Below, one piece after another: positions 32,542 to 42,635 of a stretch of DNA of 64,000 bases. Under the pieces are notes generated by a model. The model saw only the letters and a program-made list of their open reading frames with translations. It had not been told where the DNA came from and ran no database searches. Both the position numbers and the translations under genes were made by a program. Positions within the stretch are counted from its first letter, which is position 1, and each line of letters opens with the position of its first letter. Location of the stretch: IMG/VR virus record IMGVR_UViG_3300035156_000138, positions 1-64,000 of that record; one strand, written 5' to 3'. This stretch comes from a virus.

Positions 32542-34749
32542 ATGATCGATCAAGTACAACTCAGTAAAAATCCACTCAACGAACCAGATGATGTGGACAA
32601 TGACGATGATGGCGACATCAAGGACGCATCTGCACCTAAGACGGGGCTCACCAACTGGGAGAACCCGCCTACTATTCGTGACCTCAAGCAAGACTTGCAG
32701 GATGCACGAAACAGCCATTCCAGTCAAGAAACAAAGATTGGTATCTGGCTTGACAATCTCAATGTAACTGGTAAGGCAAAGGTCATTGCACCCAAAGGCA
32801 ACTCAACCATTGTGCCTAAGTTGATCCGTAAGCAAGCTGAATGGCGCTACGCTGCCTTGTCTGAACCTTACTTGTCCACTGATGATGTGTTCAAGGTACG
32901 GCCAGTGTCCTGGGAAGACCGTAAAGCGGCACAGCAAAATGAACTACTGCTGAATAACCAGTTCAATACCAAGATCAATAAGGTCAACTTCATTGATACC
33001 CTGGTTCGTACTGCAGTAGACGAAGGTACAGCCATCGTCAAGGTAGGTTGGGAGTTCGTAGAAGAGGAATACCAGGAAGTCACTCCGATCTTCCAGTACG
33101 TGCTCGATCCTACCTATGGTGAAGTACTCATGCACATTGATCAGATGCAGAAAGAGTCCCCTTCGCAGTTCGACACTGATGTGCCGATGGAAATGAAGGA
33201 AGCTCTACGCATCTCACAAGAAAGCAACCAACCATATCGACCACAGATCACCGGTCAAGAACTGGTGACCAAAAAACGCACAGTACAGAATCGACCAACC
33301 GTTGAAGTGTGTGATTATCGCAACGTCATTGTTGATCCAACGTGTCAGGGCGATGTAGAAAAAGCTGGTTTCATCATCCACAGCTTCGAGTCCTCGCTGT
33401 CCATTCTTCGTAAGGATGGTAAATACAGCAATCTGGATCAAATCCAGGTAGCGAACAATGGTCCGTTGAATGAACCGGATCACCGCGGCGATTTGACATC
33501 AATGAGCTTTAACTTTACGGATGAGCCACGTAAGAAGATTGTGGTCCATGAATACTGGGGCTTCTGGGATATTCACAATGATGGTACTACCGTCCCGATC
33601 GTGGCTGCCTGGGTAGGTGACATTCTGATTCGTCTGACTGAGAACCCATTCCCAGACAAGCAACTGCCATTCGTCATCATTCAGTATCTGCCGGTACGTC
33701 GTCAGACTCATGGTGAGCCAGATGGTGTGCTGATCGAAGACAACCAGAGGATTGCCGGTGCTGTAACGCGAGGCATGATCGACATTATGGCCAAGTCGGC
33801 CAATGGTCAGACTGGTATGCGTAAAGACATGCTTGATGCCACGAATAAAAAGAAATGGCTCGACGGTAAGGACTATGAATACAACGGCAACGTTGATCCA
33901 CGGGTGGGTGTGCACATGCATACCTACGCTGAAATCCCTCAGTCGGCCGGCACAATGCTCCAGCTCCAGAATATGGAAGCTGAATCACTCACCGGTGTGA
34001 AATCCTTCAGTCAAGGTGTATCCGGGAACTCACTTGGCCAGGTAGCTGCTGGCGTACGCGGTGCACTTGATGCGGCATCTAAGCGTGAGCTTGGAATCCT
34101 GCGTCGTTTCTCTGCTGGCTTGATGGCAATCGGTCGTAAGATCATCTCCATGAATGCCGAGTTCCTTGAACCACAGGAAGTTGTACGTGTAACGAATGAA
34201 GAATTCGTTGCTGTACGTAAAGACGACTTGCCTGGTAACTTCGATCTGAAGCTTGGTGTATCCACTGCCGAGGAAGATGAGAAGAAGGCCCAGGAACTGG
34301 CCATGATGCTCCAAACCATGGGACCAAACATGGATCCTGACATGACGAAGATGATCCTGTCGGATATTGCTCGTCTGCGCAAGATGCCTGAGCTGGCCAA
34401 AAAGATTGAGATGTTCCAACCACAGCCGGACCCTGCACAACAGCAGATGGTACAGCTACAGATCGCTCTCTTGCAGGCGCAGATCGCTACTGAACAGGCT
34501 AAGGCTGCATCACTGGGCTCGACTGCCATTCTGCACCAGCAGAAGGCCGGTACTGAGGTGGCCAAGCAGGAACATCTGAAGTCCGACACGGATCTGAAGA
34601 ACCTTGACTATGTTGAGCAAGAGACAGGTGTGCATCAAGAACGTGAACTGCAAAAAGCCACAGTTCAACACCAGTCGGCCGCTGAATTAGCCATCATGCA
34701 GCACCATTTGGACGTAAAAGCTGCGAAACAGGTTCCGAAGAGCAAATAA
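32542..34749 (+). CDS. Portal protein
   Basis: 735 aa. The size and its position between terminase and scaffold/capsid genes match N4-like portals. Confidence 0.8.
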   Translation: MIDQVQLSKNPLNEPDDVDNDDDGDIKDASAPKTGLTNWENPPTIRDLKQDLQDARNSHSSQETKIGIWLDNLNVTGKAKVIAPKGNSTIVPKLIRKQAEWRYAALSEPYLSTDDVFKVRPVSWEDRKAAQQNELLLNNQFNTKINKVNFIDTLVRTAVDEGTAIVKVGWEFVEEEYQEVTPIFQYVLDPTYGEVLMHIDQMQKESPSQFDTDVPMEMKEALRISQESNQPYRPQITGQELVTKKRTVQNRPTVEVCDYRNVIVDPTCQGDVEKAGFIIHSFESSLSILRKDGKYSNLDQIQVANNGPLNEPDHRGDLTSMSFNFTDEPRKKIVVHEYWGFWDIHNDGTTVPIVAAWVGDILIRLTENPFPDKQLPFVIIQYLPVRRQTHGEPDGVLIEDNQRIAGAVTRGMIDIMAKSANGQTGMRKDMLDATNKKKWLDGKDYEYNGNVDPRVGVHMHTYAEIPQSAGTMLQLQNMEAESLTGVKSFSQGVSGNSLGQVAAGVRGALDAASKRELGILRRFSAGLMAIGRKIISMNAEFLEPQEVVRVTNEEFVAVRKDDLPGNFDLKLGVSTAEEDEKKAQELAMMLQTMGPNMDPDMTKMILSDIARLRKMPELAKKIEMFQPQPDPAQQQMVQLQIALLQAQIATEQAKAASLGSTAILHQQKAGTEVAKQEHLKSDTDLKNLDYVEQETGVHQERELQKATVQHQSAAELAIMQHHLDVKAAKQVPKSK

Positions 34750-34765
34750 TTGCTGCACTTCAATA

Positions 34766-34803
34766 AGAAAGTGGTTATAGTGACGTCGTTGTAACCACTT
34801 TCT
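34766..34803 (+). other. Perfect 12-bp stem hairpin after the portal gene
   Basis: AGAAAGTGGTTA (34766-34777) / TAACCACTTTCT (34792-34803) with a 14-nt loop and no clear U-tract beyond the stem. Confidence 0.6.
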
Positions 34804-34834
34804 ATTAACTCTTAACAGCACTGGTAGAACACAC

Positions 34835-35179
34835 ATGAGCAATCAAGACGAGATCAATAGCATCGAGCGCGATGTAAAAGACGCTAAAGAGCAGAAAGCT
34901 CTGGGCACCGCACTCGAACGACTGATCACCAACCGTGACTTTCAGAAGGTCATCAAAGCAGGGTATTTTGAAGCCGAAGCTGTGCGCCTGGTGCACGCTA
35001 AAGGTGACCCAGCTTGTCAGACTCCTGAAAAGCAGGCGTCGATCATCCGTCAAATAGATTCGATCTCAAACCTGAATCAATATTTCCAGACCGTACTGCA
35101 TATGGCAGGTCTGGCAGAAAAATCAGTTCAAGAAAGTGAAGCTATCCTTGAAGAACTACGTGCTGAGGGTGGTGAATAA
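34835..35179 (+). CDS. Hypothetical head-module protein
   Basis: 114 aa. Confidence 0.6.
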   Translation: MSNQDEINSIERDVKDAKEQKALGTALERLITNRDFQKVIKAGYFEAEAVRLVHAKGDPACQTPEKQASIIRQIDSISNLNQYFQTVLHMAGLAEKSVQESEAILEELRAEGGE

Positions 35180-36483
35180 TGGCCCTCGACAAAGATCAGA
35201 TTGATGACGACCTGGACACCAGCAACGACGACAACCAGGAAGTGAACAGCTTCCTTGACATGTCCGATGAGGACATGGCCAAGCTGAACACCCCTTCACT
35301 GGCTTCGGCACCAGCAGCGAATACCACAGCTGATGTTGATGGCGAAGTGAAAGAAACTGACGAAGAGAAAGCTGCCACGGCAGCAGCTGCCGCAGCTCTC
35401 GAATCGGATGATGTCGACGACAAGGGTGCTGGCGATGAAAACGGTGGGAAAAGCGAAGCCGACAAGACGGCTGATGTGGCAGGCAGTATTGCAGATGCGA
35501 AGAGTACGGCAAACGCGGATCCTGCAGGCAAAGACAGCAAAACTGCCGATGCAAAAACCGATGCCAAGAACGAAGAAGTAAAAGATGAAGGCGATGGTAA
35601 AGCGAAGTCCGGCGTCGAAGACGCCAAGGACGAAAGCGGAGCCATCGACTATAAGGCAGCATATGAACGGTTGACTGCACCATTCAAAGCCAATGGCCGT
35701 GACATTACGGTAAAGAGCGTTGATGATGCCATTCAGCTGATGCAAATGGGTGCTAACTACAACAAGAAGATGGCTGGCCTGAAGCCAAGCCTGAAACTGG
35801 TGAAGATGCTTGAAGGTGCTGGCTTGATGGATGAAGCCCAGCTTAACTTCCTGATCGACGTGCACAAGCGCGATCCAGGCGCTATTAACAAATTAATCGT
35901 TGACAGTAAGATGGATCCTTTGGATCTGTCCGCTGCCAAGGCCAGTGAGTACAAGCCTGGTAACCACTCAGTTGATGACCAATCAATGGAACTGGACGAA
36001 GTACTGGCCGACTTGAAGGAAAGCCCGCACTACGCACGGACATTGGATGTGGTTGCCAATAAGTGGGACAAGCCGTCCAAGAGTGAAGTAGCTGGGAATC
36101 CGCAGGTGATTCGACTGATCAACGACCACATTAGTGCCGGGATCTTCGATATCGTAACTACGGAAATCGAAAGCGAGCGTACCTTTGGCCGACTGAAGGG
36201 TCTGTCCGACCTCCAAGCCTATCAGAAAGTGGGTGACGCGATCAACGCGCGTGGCGGGTTTAACCATCTCAACTCGGGTAGCTCCCAGTCGAAGAAGGAA
36301 ACTACCGCTCCGGCGCAAGTAGTCGTAGCACCAAAACCTAAGCAGGTGGAAGACGACAAGCTGAAAGACAAGCGGCGCCAAGCAAGTGGCACCAAGGCTG
36401 CTGCTCCAACGGGAAACAAGGTTCCGGCCGACTTCAACCCATTGGCCATGTCTGATGAAGACATGAAGCAATTTAAGTTCTAA
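35179..36483 (+). CDS. Putative scaffolding/head-assembly protein (acidic, low complexity)
   Basis: 434 aa with a D/E/K/A-rich N-terminal half, immediately upstream of the major capsid gene. Confidence 0.6.
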   Translation: MALDKDQIDDDLDTSNDDNQEVNSFLDMSDEDMAKLNTPSLASAPAANTTADVDGEVKETDEEKAATAAAAAALESDDVDDKGAGDENGGKSEADKTADVAGSIADAKSTANADPAGKDSKTADAKTDAKNEEVKDEGDGKAKSGVEDAKDESGAIDYKAAYERLTAPFKANGRDITVKSVDDAIQLMQMGANYNKKMAGLKPSLKLVKMLEGAGLMDEAQLNFLIDVHKRDPGAINKLIVDSKMDPLDLSAAKASEYKPGNHSVDDQSMELDEVLADLKESPHYARTLDVVANKWDKPSKSEVAGNPQVIRLINDHISAGIFDIVTTEIESERTFGRLKGLSDLQAYQKVGDAINARGGFNHLNSGSSQSKKETTAPAQVVVAPKPKQVEDDKLKDKRRQASGTKAAAPTGNKVPADFNPLAMSDEDMKQFKF

Positions 36484-36519
36484 TCCAAACCATACTTTAA
36501 AAATTCTGAAAGGCATCAA

Positions 36520-37941
36520 ATGACTGCACGTCAATATAATGGTGGTAACACCCCCGGTGATCTGTCGACCATGAGCCCTCAGCTCCTGGATCAATATTTC
36601 CAGAAGCAAGCACTGATCGAAGCACGCAAACTGCAATTCTTCACGCAGCTGGCCGATGTCACCTCCATGCCAAAAAACATGGGCAAGAAAATCATCCGTT
36701 ATCACTACCTGCCATTGCTCGATGATGCCAACATCAACGATCAAGGTATCGATGCGGCTGGTGTCACCATCCTGGGTACGAATTACCGTGTCTCGGTACC
36801 GTCGCTGAATCTGGTCGTCGCCAATGCATCGAAAGCTGCCGCGGTTACTGCCCTCAACGACAACATTTCGGGCTTGGTTGCAACCGCTGGTGCTGATGGC
36901 TCGGCTGGTACTGGTTTCGCTACGCTGACCCTGGTTGGTCCAAATCCGTTCCGTGTATCGAACGTGACCAAGGCTAACACCATCGTTGCACTGAATGTCG
37001 GCGCTACTGCGGTGCAGTCTTCGGGTAACCTGTACGGTTCCTCGAAAGATATCGGTACCATTTCCGGCAAACTGCCAGTGCTGTCCGAATCGGGCGGTCG
37101 TGTCAACCGTGTCGGCTTCAAGCGCAAAACCATCGAAGGTACCTTCGAGAAGTTCGGTTTCTTCGACGAATACACCCAGGAATCGGTAGACTTCGACAGC
37201 GATGCGGATCTGCTGCAACACATCAACCGCGAAATGATTAACGGTGCAAACGAAATCACCGAAGATGCGTTGCAGATCGACCTGATCAACAACGCTGGTA
37301 CCGTCAAGTTCGCCGGTAACGCAGTGTCGAACGTCACTGTTGGTAGCGATGACATCGTGAACTACACCGATCTAATGCGTCTGTCGATCGACCTGGACAA
37401 CAACCGTACGCCGAAGCATACGACTATCATCACCGGCACTCGCCTGGTTGATACCCGTGTTCTGCCTGCAGCACGCGTCATGTACGCCGGTTCGGAAATG
37501 ATCCCGACCTTCCGTGCAATGAAAGACCTGCACAATGAGCCGGCTTATATCTCGGTCGAGAAGTACGCAGCTGGTGGTAACACCGTGCTGGGCGAAGAAG
37601 GCGCAGTTGACAAGTTCCGCATCGTCATTGTTCCAGAAATGATGAAGTGGGCAGGCGCTGGTGCAGACGCTTCGGCTGATGCAACCTGCTACGAAACGGC
37701 CGGTCGTTACGACGTGTTCCCGCTGCTGGTTGTTGGTGATGAATCGTTCACCACGATTGGTTTCCAAACCGATGGTAAGACTGTGAAGTTCACCATCACC
37801 CACAAGAAGCCAGGTACGGAAACTGCTGACCGCAACGACCCGTACGGTGAAACCGGCTTCATGTCGATCAAGTGGTACTACGGCTTCATGGCTCTCCGCC
37901 CTGAACGTATCGCCCTGATCAAGACCGCGGCCAAGCTGTAA
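36520..37941 (+). CDS. Major capsid protein
   Basis: 473 aa. Position after the scaffold-like gene, GAAAGG SD and a strong terminator downstream. The family assignment is from synteny with N4-like phages. Confidence 0.75.
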   Translation: MTARQYNGGNTPGDLSTMSPQLLDQYFQKQALIEARKLQFFTQLADVTSMPKNMGKKIIRYHYLPLLDDANINDQGIDAAGVTILGTNYRVSVPSLNLVVANASKAAAVTALNDNISGLVATAGADGSAGTGFATLTLVGPNPFRVSNVTKANTIVALNVGATAVQSSGNLYGSSKDIGTISGKLPVLSESGGRVNRVGFKRKTIEGTFEKFGFFDEYTQESVDFDSDADLLQHINREMINGANEITEDALQIDLINNAGTVKFAGNAVSNVTVGSDDIVNYTDLMRLSIDLDNNRTPKHTTIITGTRLVDTRVLPAARVMYAGSEMIPTFRAMKDLHNEPAYISVEKYAAGGNTVLGEEGAVDKFRIVIVPEMMKWAGAGADASADATCYETAGRYDVFPLLVVGDESFTTIGFQTDGKTVKFTITHKKPGTETADRNDPYGETGFMSIKWYYGFMALRPERIALIKTAAKL

Positions 37942-37946
37942 TACCG

Positions 37947-37981
37947 ATGGGGGAGGGGAATAGTTTCTCTCTCCCATTTTT
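37947..37981 (+). terminator. Rho-independent terminator after the capsid gene
   Basis: 14-bp stem (37947-37960 / 37964-37977, three G.U pairs), TAG loop, then TTTT. Confidence 0.7.
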
Positions 37982-38030
37982 AAGCTAGTAGTACATTGAA
38001 TACCCCCTGAATACTATTCATAGGAACATC

Positions 38031-38765
38031 ATGCAAAACGAAGATCAAACTGAAGCATCCGGCATCCCAGGCATTGACGACGAACTGCCGGCACTGCCAG
38101 TACCTGATGAGCTGACCACCCTCAAGGGTAAAGCCGACCTGATGGGCCTGTCCTATCATCCTTCCATTGGCTTGGAGAAGCTGCGCGCTAAAGTCGCTGA
38201 AGCTCTCGCCGGTGAAGGTGCACCTAACCGTGATGAAGTTGCAGAACCTGCAACACCCGTGGCTGCTGTACCGACCCAGGCATACCAGGCTGCATCGTTG
38301 GCACCTGTCCAATTTGAAAAAGTATCCATGAAGACCCTTTCCCCACGTCAGTACGCTGATCAAGAATCGCTGCCCGTACCTGGTGAAACGGCCGGTGAAC
38401 GTCGTCTGCGAATGAAGCGTCATGCTAATGAGCTGATTCGTATTCGTGTCACCTGCATGGACCCAGCCAAGAAAGAATGGGAAGGCGAAATCATCGGCGC
38501 AGGTAACAACCTGGTTGGCACCCTGACCAAGTTTGTACCGTTCGGCATTGACGAAGGCTGGCATGTTCCCCGGATCATGTACAACGTCCTCCGTGATCGC
38601 ATGGCTCAGATCTTCATCACTGTCACTGATCCAGTGTCGAAACAAAAGGTTCGTAAAGGTAAGCTGATCAAAGCCTTTGCCATCGACGTGCTTGATCAGT
38701 TGACTGAAGACGAACTGAAAGAACTGGCGGCTCGTCAAGCAGCTACGCGCTCCATCGACGCGTAA
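38031..38765 (+). CDS. Virion structural protein (hypothetical)
   Basis: 244 aa with AGGAA SD. Confidence 0.6.
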   Translation: MQNEDQTEASGIPGIDDELPALPVPDELTTLKGKADLMGLSYHPSIGLEKLRAKVAEALAGEGAPNRDEVAEPATPVAAVPTQAYQAASLAPVQFEKVSMKTLSPRQYADQESLPVPGETAGERRLRMKRHANELIRIRVTCMDPAKKEWEGEIIGAGNNLVGTLTKFVPFGIDEGWHVPRIMYNVLRDRMAQIFITVTDPVSKQKVRKGKLIKAFAIDVLDQLTEDELKELAARQAATRSIDA

Positions 38766-38797
38766 TCAGTAATCAACGTAGTCCACTCGGGTAGAAC

Positions 38798-39715
38798 ATG
38801 ACTGAAATTGCACTCACTGAACTGACCACCGGCCACATTGATGGGGAAGGTGTCTTCGACAAGTTGATGGCGGCTACTAAAGCCCATCTCGAATCGGAGT
38901 TCAATAAAAATCGGATCAAGGGTCCAGAATATTCTACGGTCTACCTGGGTGCGTTGGACCAAGTAATGATGACTGCAATGAGCTTTGTCGTCCAAAAGCG
39001 TCAGATTGCCTTGCAAGCAGACCTACTGGCACAACAGATTATCCTGGCCGGCATTGAAGTACAAAAAGCTGCGATTGCTCTGGAAGTACTGGCACTTGAG
39101 AAGATTAAGGTGGCCGCGGAGATCGACCAGATCAATGCTCAGGTACTGATCTCGACACAGCAACGACTTAACTTGATCGCTGAAGCGGCCAAGACGACAG
39201 CTGAAATTCTGAATGTACCGAAACAAGGTGTACTGCTTGATAAGCAAGCTGCAATGGTCGACCAGCAGCTGGTAAATCTGGTTTCGGAAAACGCAGGAAT
39301 CCTGGCGAAGAATGCCAATACCCTCAGCGAGGGGCTGAACATCCCGAAAACTGGTGAAGTATTGGATGCTCAAGTCTGCAAACTGCAGGCTGAATTTGAC
39401 CTGACGGTCAATACCAACACCAAAACTACCGGTGAAATCGCTCTCCTGGCGCAGAAGACCGCATCAGAAAAAGCCCAAACGATGTCGATGGGTGTTGATG
39501 ATGACTCGATCATTGGCCGCCAAAAGCTCTTGTACAAGGCTCAGACAGATGGTTTCCAACGTGATGCTGAGCAGAAGGCAGCTAAGCTACTCGTTGATAC
39601 CTGGTCTGCTCGTCGTATGTCTGATGAAGGTACAGTAGCTGATGGTGTGAACAAGCTCAACGATGCGACCGTCGGCCGCGTGGTGCAGAAAGTACTCGAC
39701 GGCGTAAACGCTTAA
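38798..39715 (+). CDS. Virion structural protein (hypothetical, coiled-coil rich)
   Basis: 305 aa. Confidence 0.6.
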   Translation: MTEIALTELTTGHIDGEGVFDKLMAATKAHLESEFNKNRIKGPEYSTVYLGALDQVMMTAMSFVVQKRQIALQADLLAQQIILAGIEVQKAAIALEVLALEKIKVAAEIDQINAQVLISTQQRLNLIAEAAKTTAEILNVPKQGVLLDKQAAMVDQQLVNLVSENAGILAKNANTLSEGLNIPKTGEVLDAQVCKLQAEFDLTVNTNTKTTGEIALLAQKTASEKAQTMSMGVDDDSIIGRQKLLYKAQTDGFQRDAEQKAAKLLVDTWSARRMSDEGTVADGVNKLNDATVGRVVQKVLDGVNA

Positions 39716-39735
39716 AGCCGAAAGTGCAGCACAAC

Positions 39736-39768
39736 GGGGAGCTCATATATGTGGCTCCCCATTTTTTT
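39736..39768 (+). terminator. Rho-independent terminator
   Basis: GGGGAGC (39736-39742) / GCTCCCC (39754-39760), then ATTTTTTT. Confidence 0.8.
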
Positions 39769-39779
39769 ATCACGAGGTC

Positions 39780-42089
39780 ATGATGGGCTTGTTCAGTAGC
39801 AAATACCAAACTAATGTAGCCACATCTACGGCTAGGGTCATTGAAGACTCGACCCTACCTAATGCAGTTAAGCATGGTGCTGTACGCGGATTGTTCCAGG
39901 ATGATGGTGATCAGTTTACAGAGAACATTTTAGAAGCCCTCGTGGACTCGATCGGTGTAAAAGCTGATCGACTATTCCGATACGGTAAGAATAATTACAT
40001 CTACGGATTACCATCCTCTACTACCCTTGTTGCAAACATGGGTAAGGACCAAGTTCAAGCAAAGATAGTATCCCTGCTTGGCCAGAACATTACACTTGAT
40101 TATTACCACTACGGTGCGTTCAACAATCTCCATATCGGTTGGATGAAGCTGATTGAGAATCATGGATACAACGCCAAGACGAATGTACTGGGTGTACTTA
40201 CGGCAGCCAAAGGCAAGCCAGTAACCTTAACTAACATTGTTGTGTGTGTGATCGAAGCCTCGCTACAAGAGATGAGCAATGGTTCACTGGATATCTGGGG
40301 ACCATCGCCTAATGCAGGTGGCCACACTACGACTGACAATGCTATCTCTATGGCTTTGCTTCGCAAGCTCAACGGGGAGGTCAAACCAAAAACATTCGAG
40401 CTCGATCCTTCAGCACCGAATGACTACCTGCGTGTGGAGTACACCTGGAGTGAGGACTACACTGTAGTGACCGAGGGTGTTAGTGTCACCCGTCAACGAA
40501 TGGCCACAGGATCCTTTCAGATTCAAATCCTTGGCTTCGATCCGAAGGCTGAGTTTCATCACACGAAATACACCCGTGCTGATGGTGAGATTGGTTATTG
40601 GATGTACCAGGCCGGCACCGGTGTCTACCCTGAAATTGACAACCTACATGATACATTGCACCTGTCTACGGGAAGTTTTTTCCCTTGGACATACTTCCGT
40701 GTTGATGGAGTTAAAGGTACCGCTGATACTACTTCACAGTGGTATAAGCAGAGTCGTCGCATGACGAAGTATCTGAATATCGATTACGAGCAAGTATGTG
40801 ACGCTATTCATGAAAACCCAGACATTGACAAAGTTGAACAAGCTATGTTGATGATGTCGGTACCTGCAGTCACGACCAACCAAGTTGAGATGAGGTACCT
40901 ATTCGATTTCTTTGGTGATCTGATTGTAGCCACCAATGGTGGTGATCTGAAGGACGCAGAGCCGTTTAAACCAAAAGGATTTCTTTCGGCTGTGCTCGGT
41001 AAAGCTTTGGGTTCCAGCATCAATGATGCTGCCTTGGTCATCCAAGATTCCAAGTTCAAACTGAGTTTGGGCTTTCGTCACATCAACAAAAACATCATCC
41101 AGGGTGTGATTGGTAAAGTTGGCCACTACACCTCTGGTTGGGAAACGGAAACTATTGTTGAACATGGGACGTCTACACCGGCACCGGGTACAGGTTTAAC
41201 GACACCGACAACGTGGAGCACTGAAGTCAAGAGTCATTGGTATAGGAAGCAAACAACCGAAACCCAATATGAAGAAATCAGATTACACAATCTGAAAGTA
41301 AAGTACTGGATCTATGGTGAGTACGCGGCCACCGCAGATGAGAATGATGACATTCTCTTGATCCCTATCGATCGTTCAGTAACACAGAACTACTCAATTC
41401 CAGTTAAAGAAGAGCTATACGCTAGGTCATTGCATTACATATTCAACTCAAAGGTGGTGACCGAGATTAAATGGTACCAACAGGATTTTTTCCGATATCT
41501 GCTGATTGTTGCTGCCATCATTATTACCATCTGGAGTTGGGGGCAAACCTGGCAAACAATCGGTGCTGCATTGGCATTAGGTACAGTAACGATTGAAGGT
41601 GTGATCTACATGCTTGCGATCAAGCTGATTGAACAAATCCTTATTGCGGCAGCTATAAAACTCTTTGTACGTGTTGTTGGTGTTAAGTTTGCCTTACTTG
41701 TAGCTATCATTGCAGCCATTGCTGGGGTATATCAGGCCATTGATGCAGGTGGATTGGCTGGTGCACCATGGGCCACTGAACTTCTACAGCTGTCGACTGG
41801 GCTAACAAAAGGTATTAGTACTGAACTCCAACGAGACTTCGGCAAACTACAAGCTGAAGCAGATGCTTTTGGAGTTTTCGCTAAACAGGAACAAACAAAG
41901 CTTGATGAAGCAAATAAACTACTGGAGAACAGTAATTGGATGACTCCTTTGGTGATTTTCGGTGAATCACCGCATGATTTCTATCATCGAACAGTGCATT
42001 CCGGTAACATTGGGGTATTGAGCCTAGATGCAATTTCGGAATTCGTAAATGTGTCACTCACGCTCCCTAAATTGAACGATACCTTGTAA
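39780..42089 (+). CDS. Large virion protein with C-terminal transmembrane cluster (candidate ejection/internal protein)
   Basis: 769 aa. Hydrophobic block FFRYLLIVAAIIITIWSW...VIYMLAIKLIEQILIAAAIKLFVRVVGVKFALLVAIIAAIAGV. Confidence 0.6.
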   Translation: MMGLFSSKYQTNVATSTARVIEDSTLPNAVKHGAVRGLFQDDGDQFTENILEALVDSIGVKADRLFRYGKNNYIYGLPSSTTLVANMGKDQVQAKIVSLLGQNITLDYYHYGAFNNLHIGWMKLIENHGYNAKTNVLGVLTAAKGKPVTLTNIVVCVIEASLQEMSNGSLDIWGPSPNAGGHTTTDNAISMALLRKLNGEVKPKTFELDPSAPNDYLRVEYTWSEDYTVVTEGVSVTRQRMATGSFQIQILGFDPKAEFHHTKYTRADGEIGYWMYQAGTGVYPEIDNLHDTLHLSTGSFFPWTYFRVDGVKGTADTTSQWYKQSRRMTKYLNIDYEQVCDAIHENPDIDKVEQAMLMMSVPAVTTNQVEMRYLFDFFGDLIVATNGGDLKDAEPFKPKGFLSAVLGKALGSSINDAALVIQDSKFKLSLGFRHINKNIIQGVIGKVGHYTSGWETETIVEHGTSTPAPGTGLTTPTTWSTEVKSHWYRKQTTETQYEEIRLHNLKVKYWIYGEYAATADENDDILLIPIDRSVTQNYSIPVKEELYARSLHYIFNSKVVTEIKWYQQDFFRYLLIVAAIIITIWSWGQTWQTIGAALALGTVTIEGVIYMLAIKLIEQILIAAAIKLFVRVVGVKFALLVAIIAAIAGVYQAIDAGGLAGAPWATELLQLSTGLTKGISTELQRDFGKLQAEADAFGVFAKQEQTKLDEANKLLENSNWMTPLVIFGESPHDFYHRTVHSGNIGVLSLDAISEFVNVSLTLPKLNDTL

Positions 42090-42100
42090 GGAAATACACT

Positions 42101-42634
42101 ATGGCAGATTATTTGAGCAGCATGAACTGGGGACCACAACCCAATCCTCTCGTGGCTTCCGCACCTACAATCAACCAGATTACACCTTGGTCCAGTAACA
42201 TTCAATCGAGCCCATTCGGTGGTACGGACTATATGAAAAGTCTTGAATCCCCTGGTTTGGGTGGGGTGGATTTTGCATCTTCCGGTAATGGAATGATTGG
42301 GGGTGGTGATAGTGGTGGATGGTTGTCCAGTCTTAAAGGCTGGGGTAAGGATTCTGGCTTCCTTGGTTCCACTGAAAATGGTGTCACTACTCAAGGTTGG
42401 GGTGGTGCAGCACTTGGCTTAGCACAGGGTCTGGGCAACGCCTGGATGGGTATGAAGCAATATGGTCTGGCTAAAGACCAGCTGGCTCAAAGCAAGAAGC
42501 AGTTTGAGCTCAACTACGGTGCCCAGCAGAAGACTACTAATGCAGCACTTGAAGATCGCCAAAAAGCTCGGGTGGCCAGCAATCCAGGTGCCTATCAATC
42601 GGTAGGTGATTACATGAAGAAGAACGGGATCTAA
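42101..42634 (+). CDS. Small Gly-rich virion protein
   Basis: 177 aa with AAGGAAA SD. Confidence 0.6.
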   Translation: MADYLSSMNWGPQPNPLVASAPTINQITPWSSNIQSSPFGGTDYMKSLESPGLGGVDFASSGNGMIGGGDSGGWLSSLKGWGKDSGFLGSTENGVTTQGWGGAALGLAQGLGNAWMGMKQYGLAKDQLAQSKKQFELNYGAQQKTTNAALEDRQKARVASNPGAYQSVGDYMKKNGI

Positions 42635-42635
42635 T

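Noticed and set aside
37949-37958. GGGGAGGG (KOPS-like GGGNAGGG) in the capsid-gene terminator, considered as a target for the FtsK-gamma-like domain
   Set aside because: It is a single occurrence found by eye. An 8-mer of this kind is expected by chance in 64 kb, and I did no systematic count.
34011-38738. Long antisense ORFs opposite the portal, scaffold, capsid and 38031 genes (34011..34589, 35156..35683, 35296..35865, 35983..37221, 37372..37977, 37980..38738)
   Set aside because: They lie on the reverse strand of a unidirectional, terminator-punctuated virion operon. Their translations are Cys/Arg/His-rich or low-complexity mirror images.
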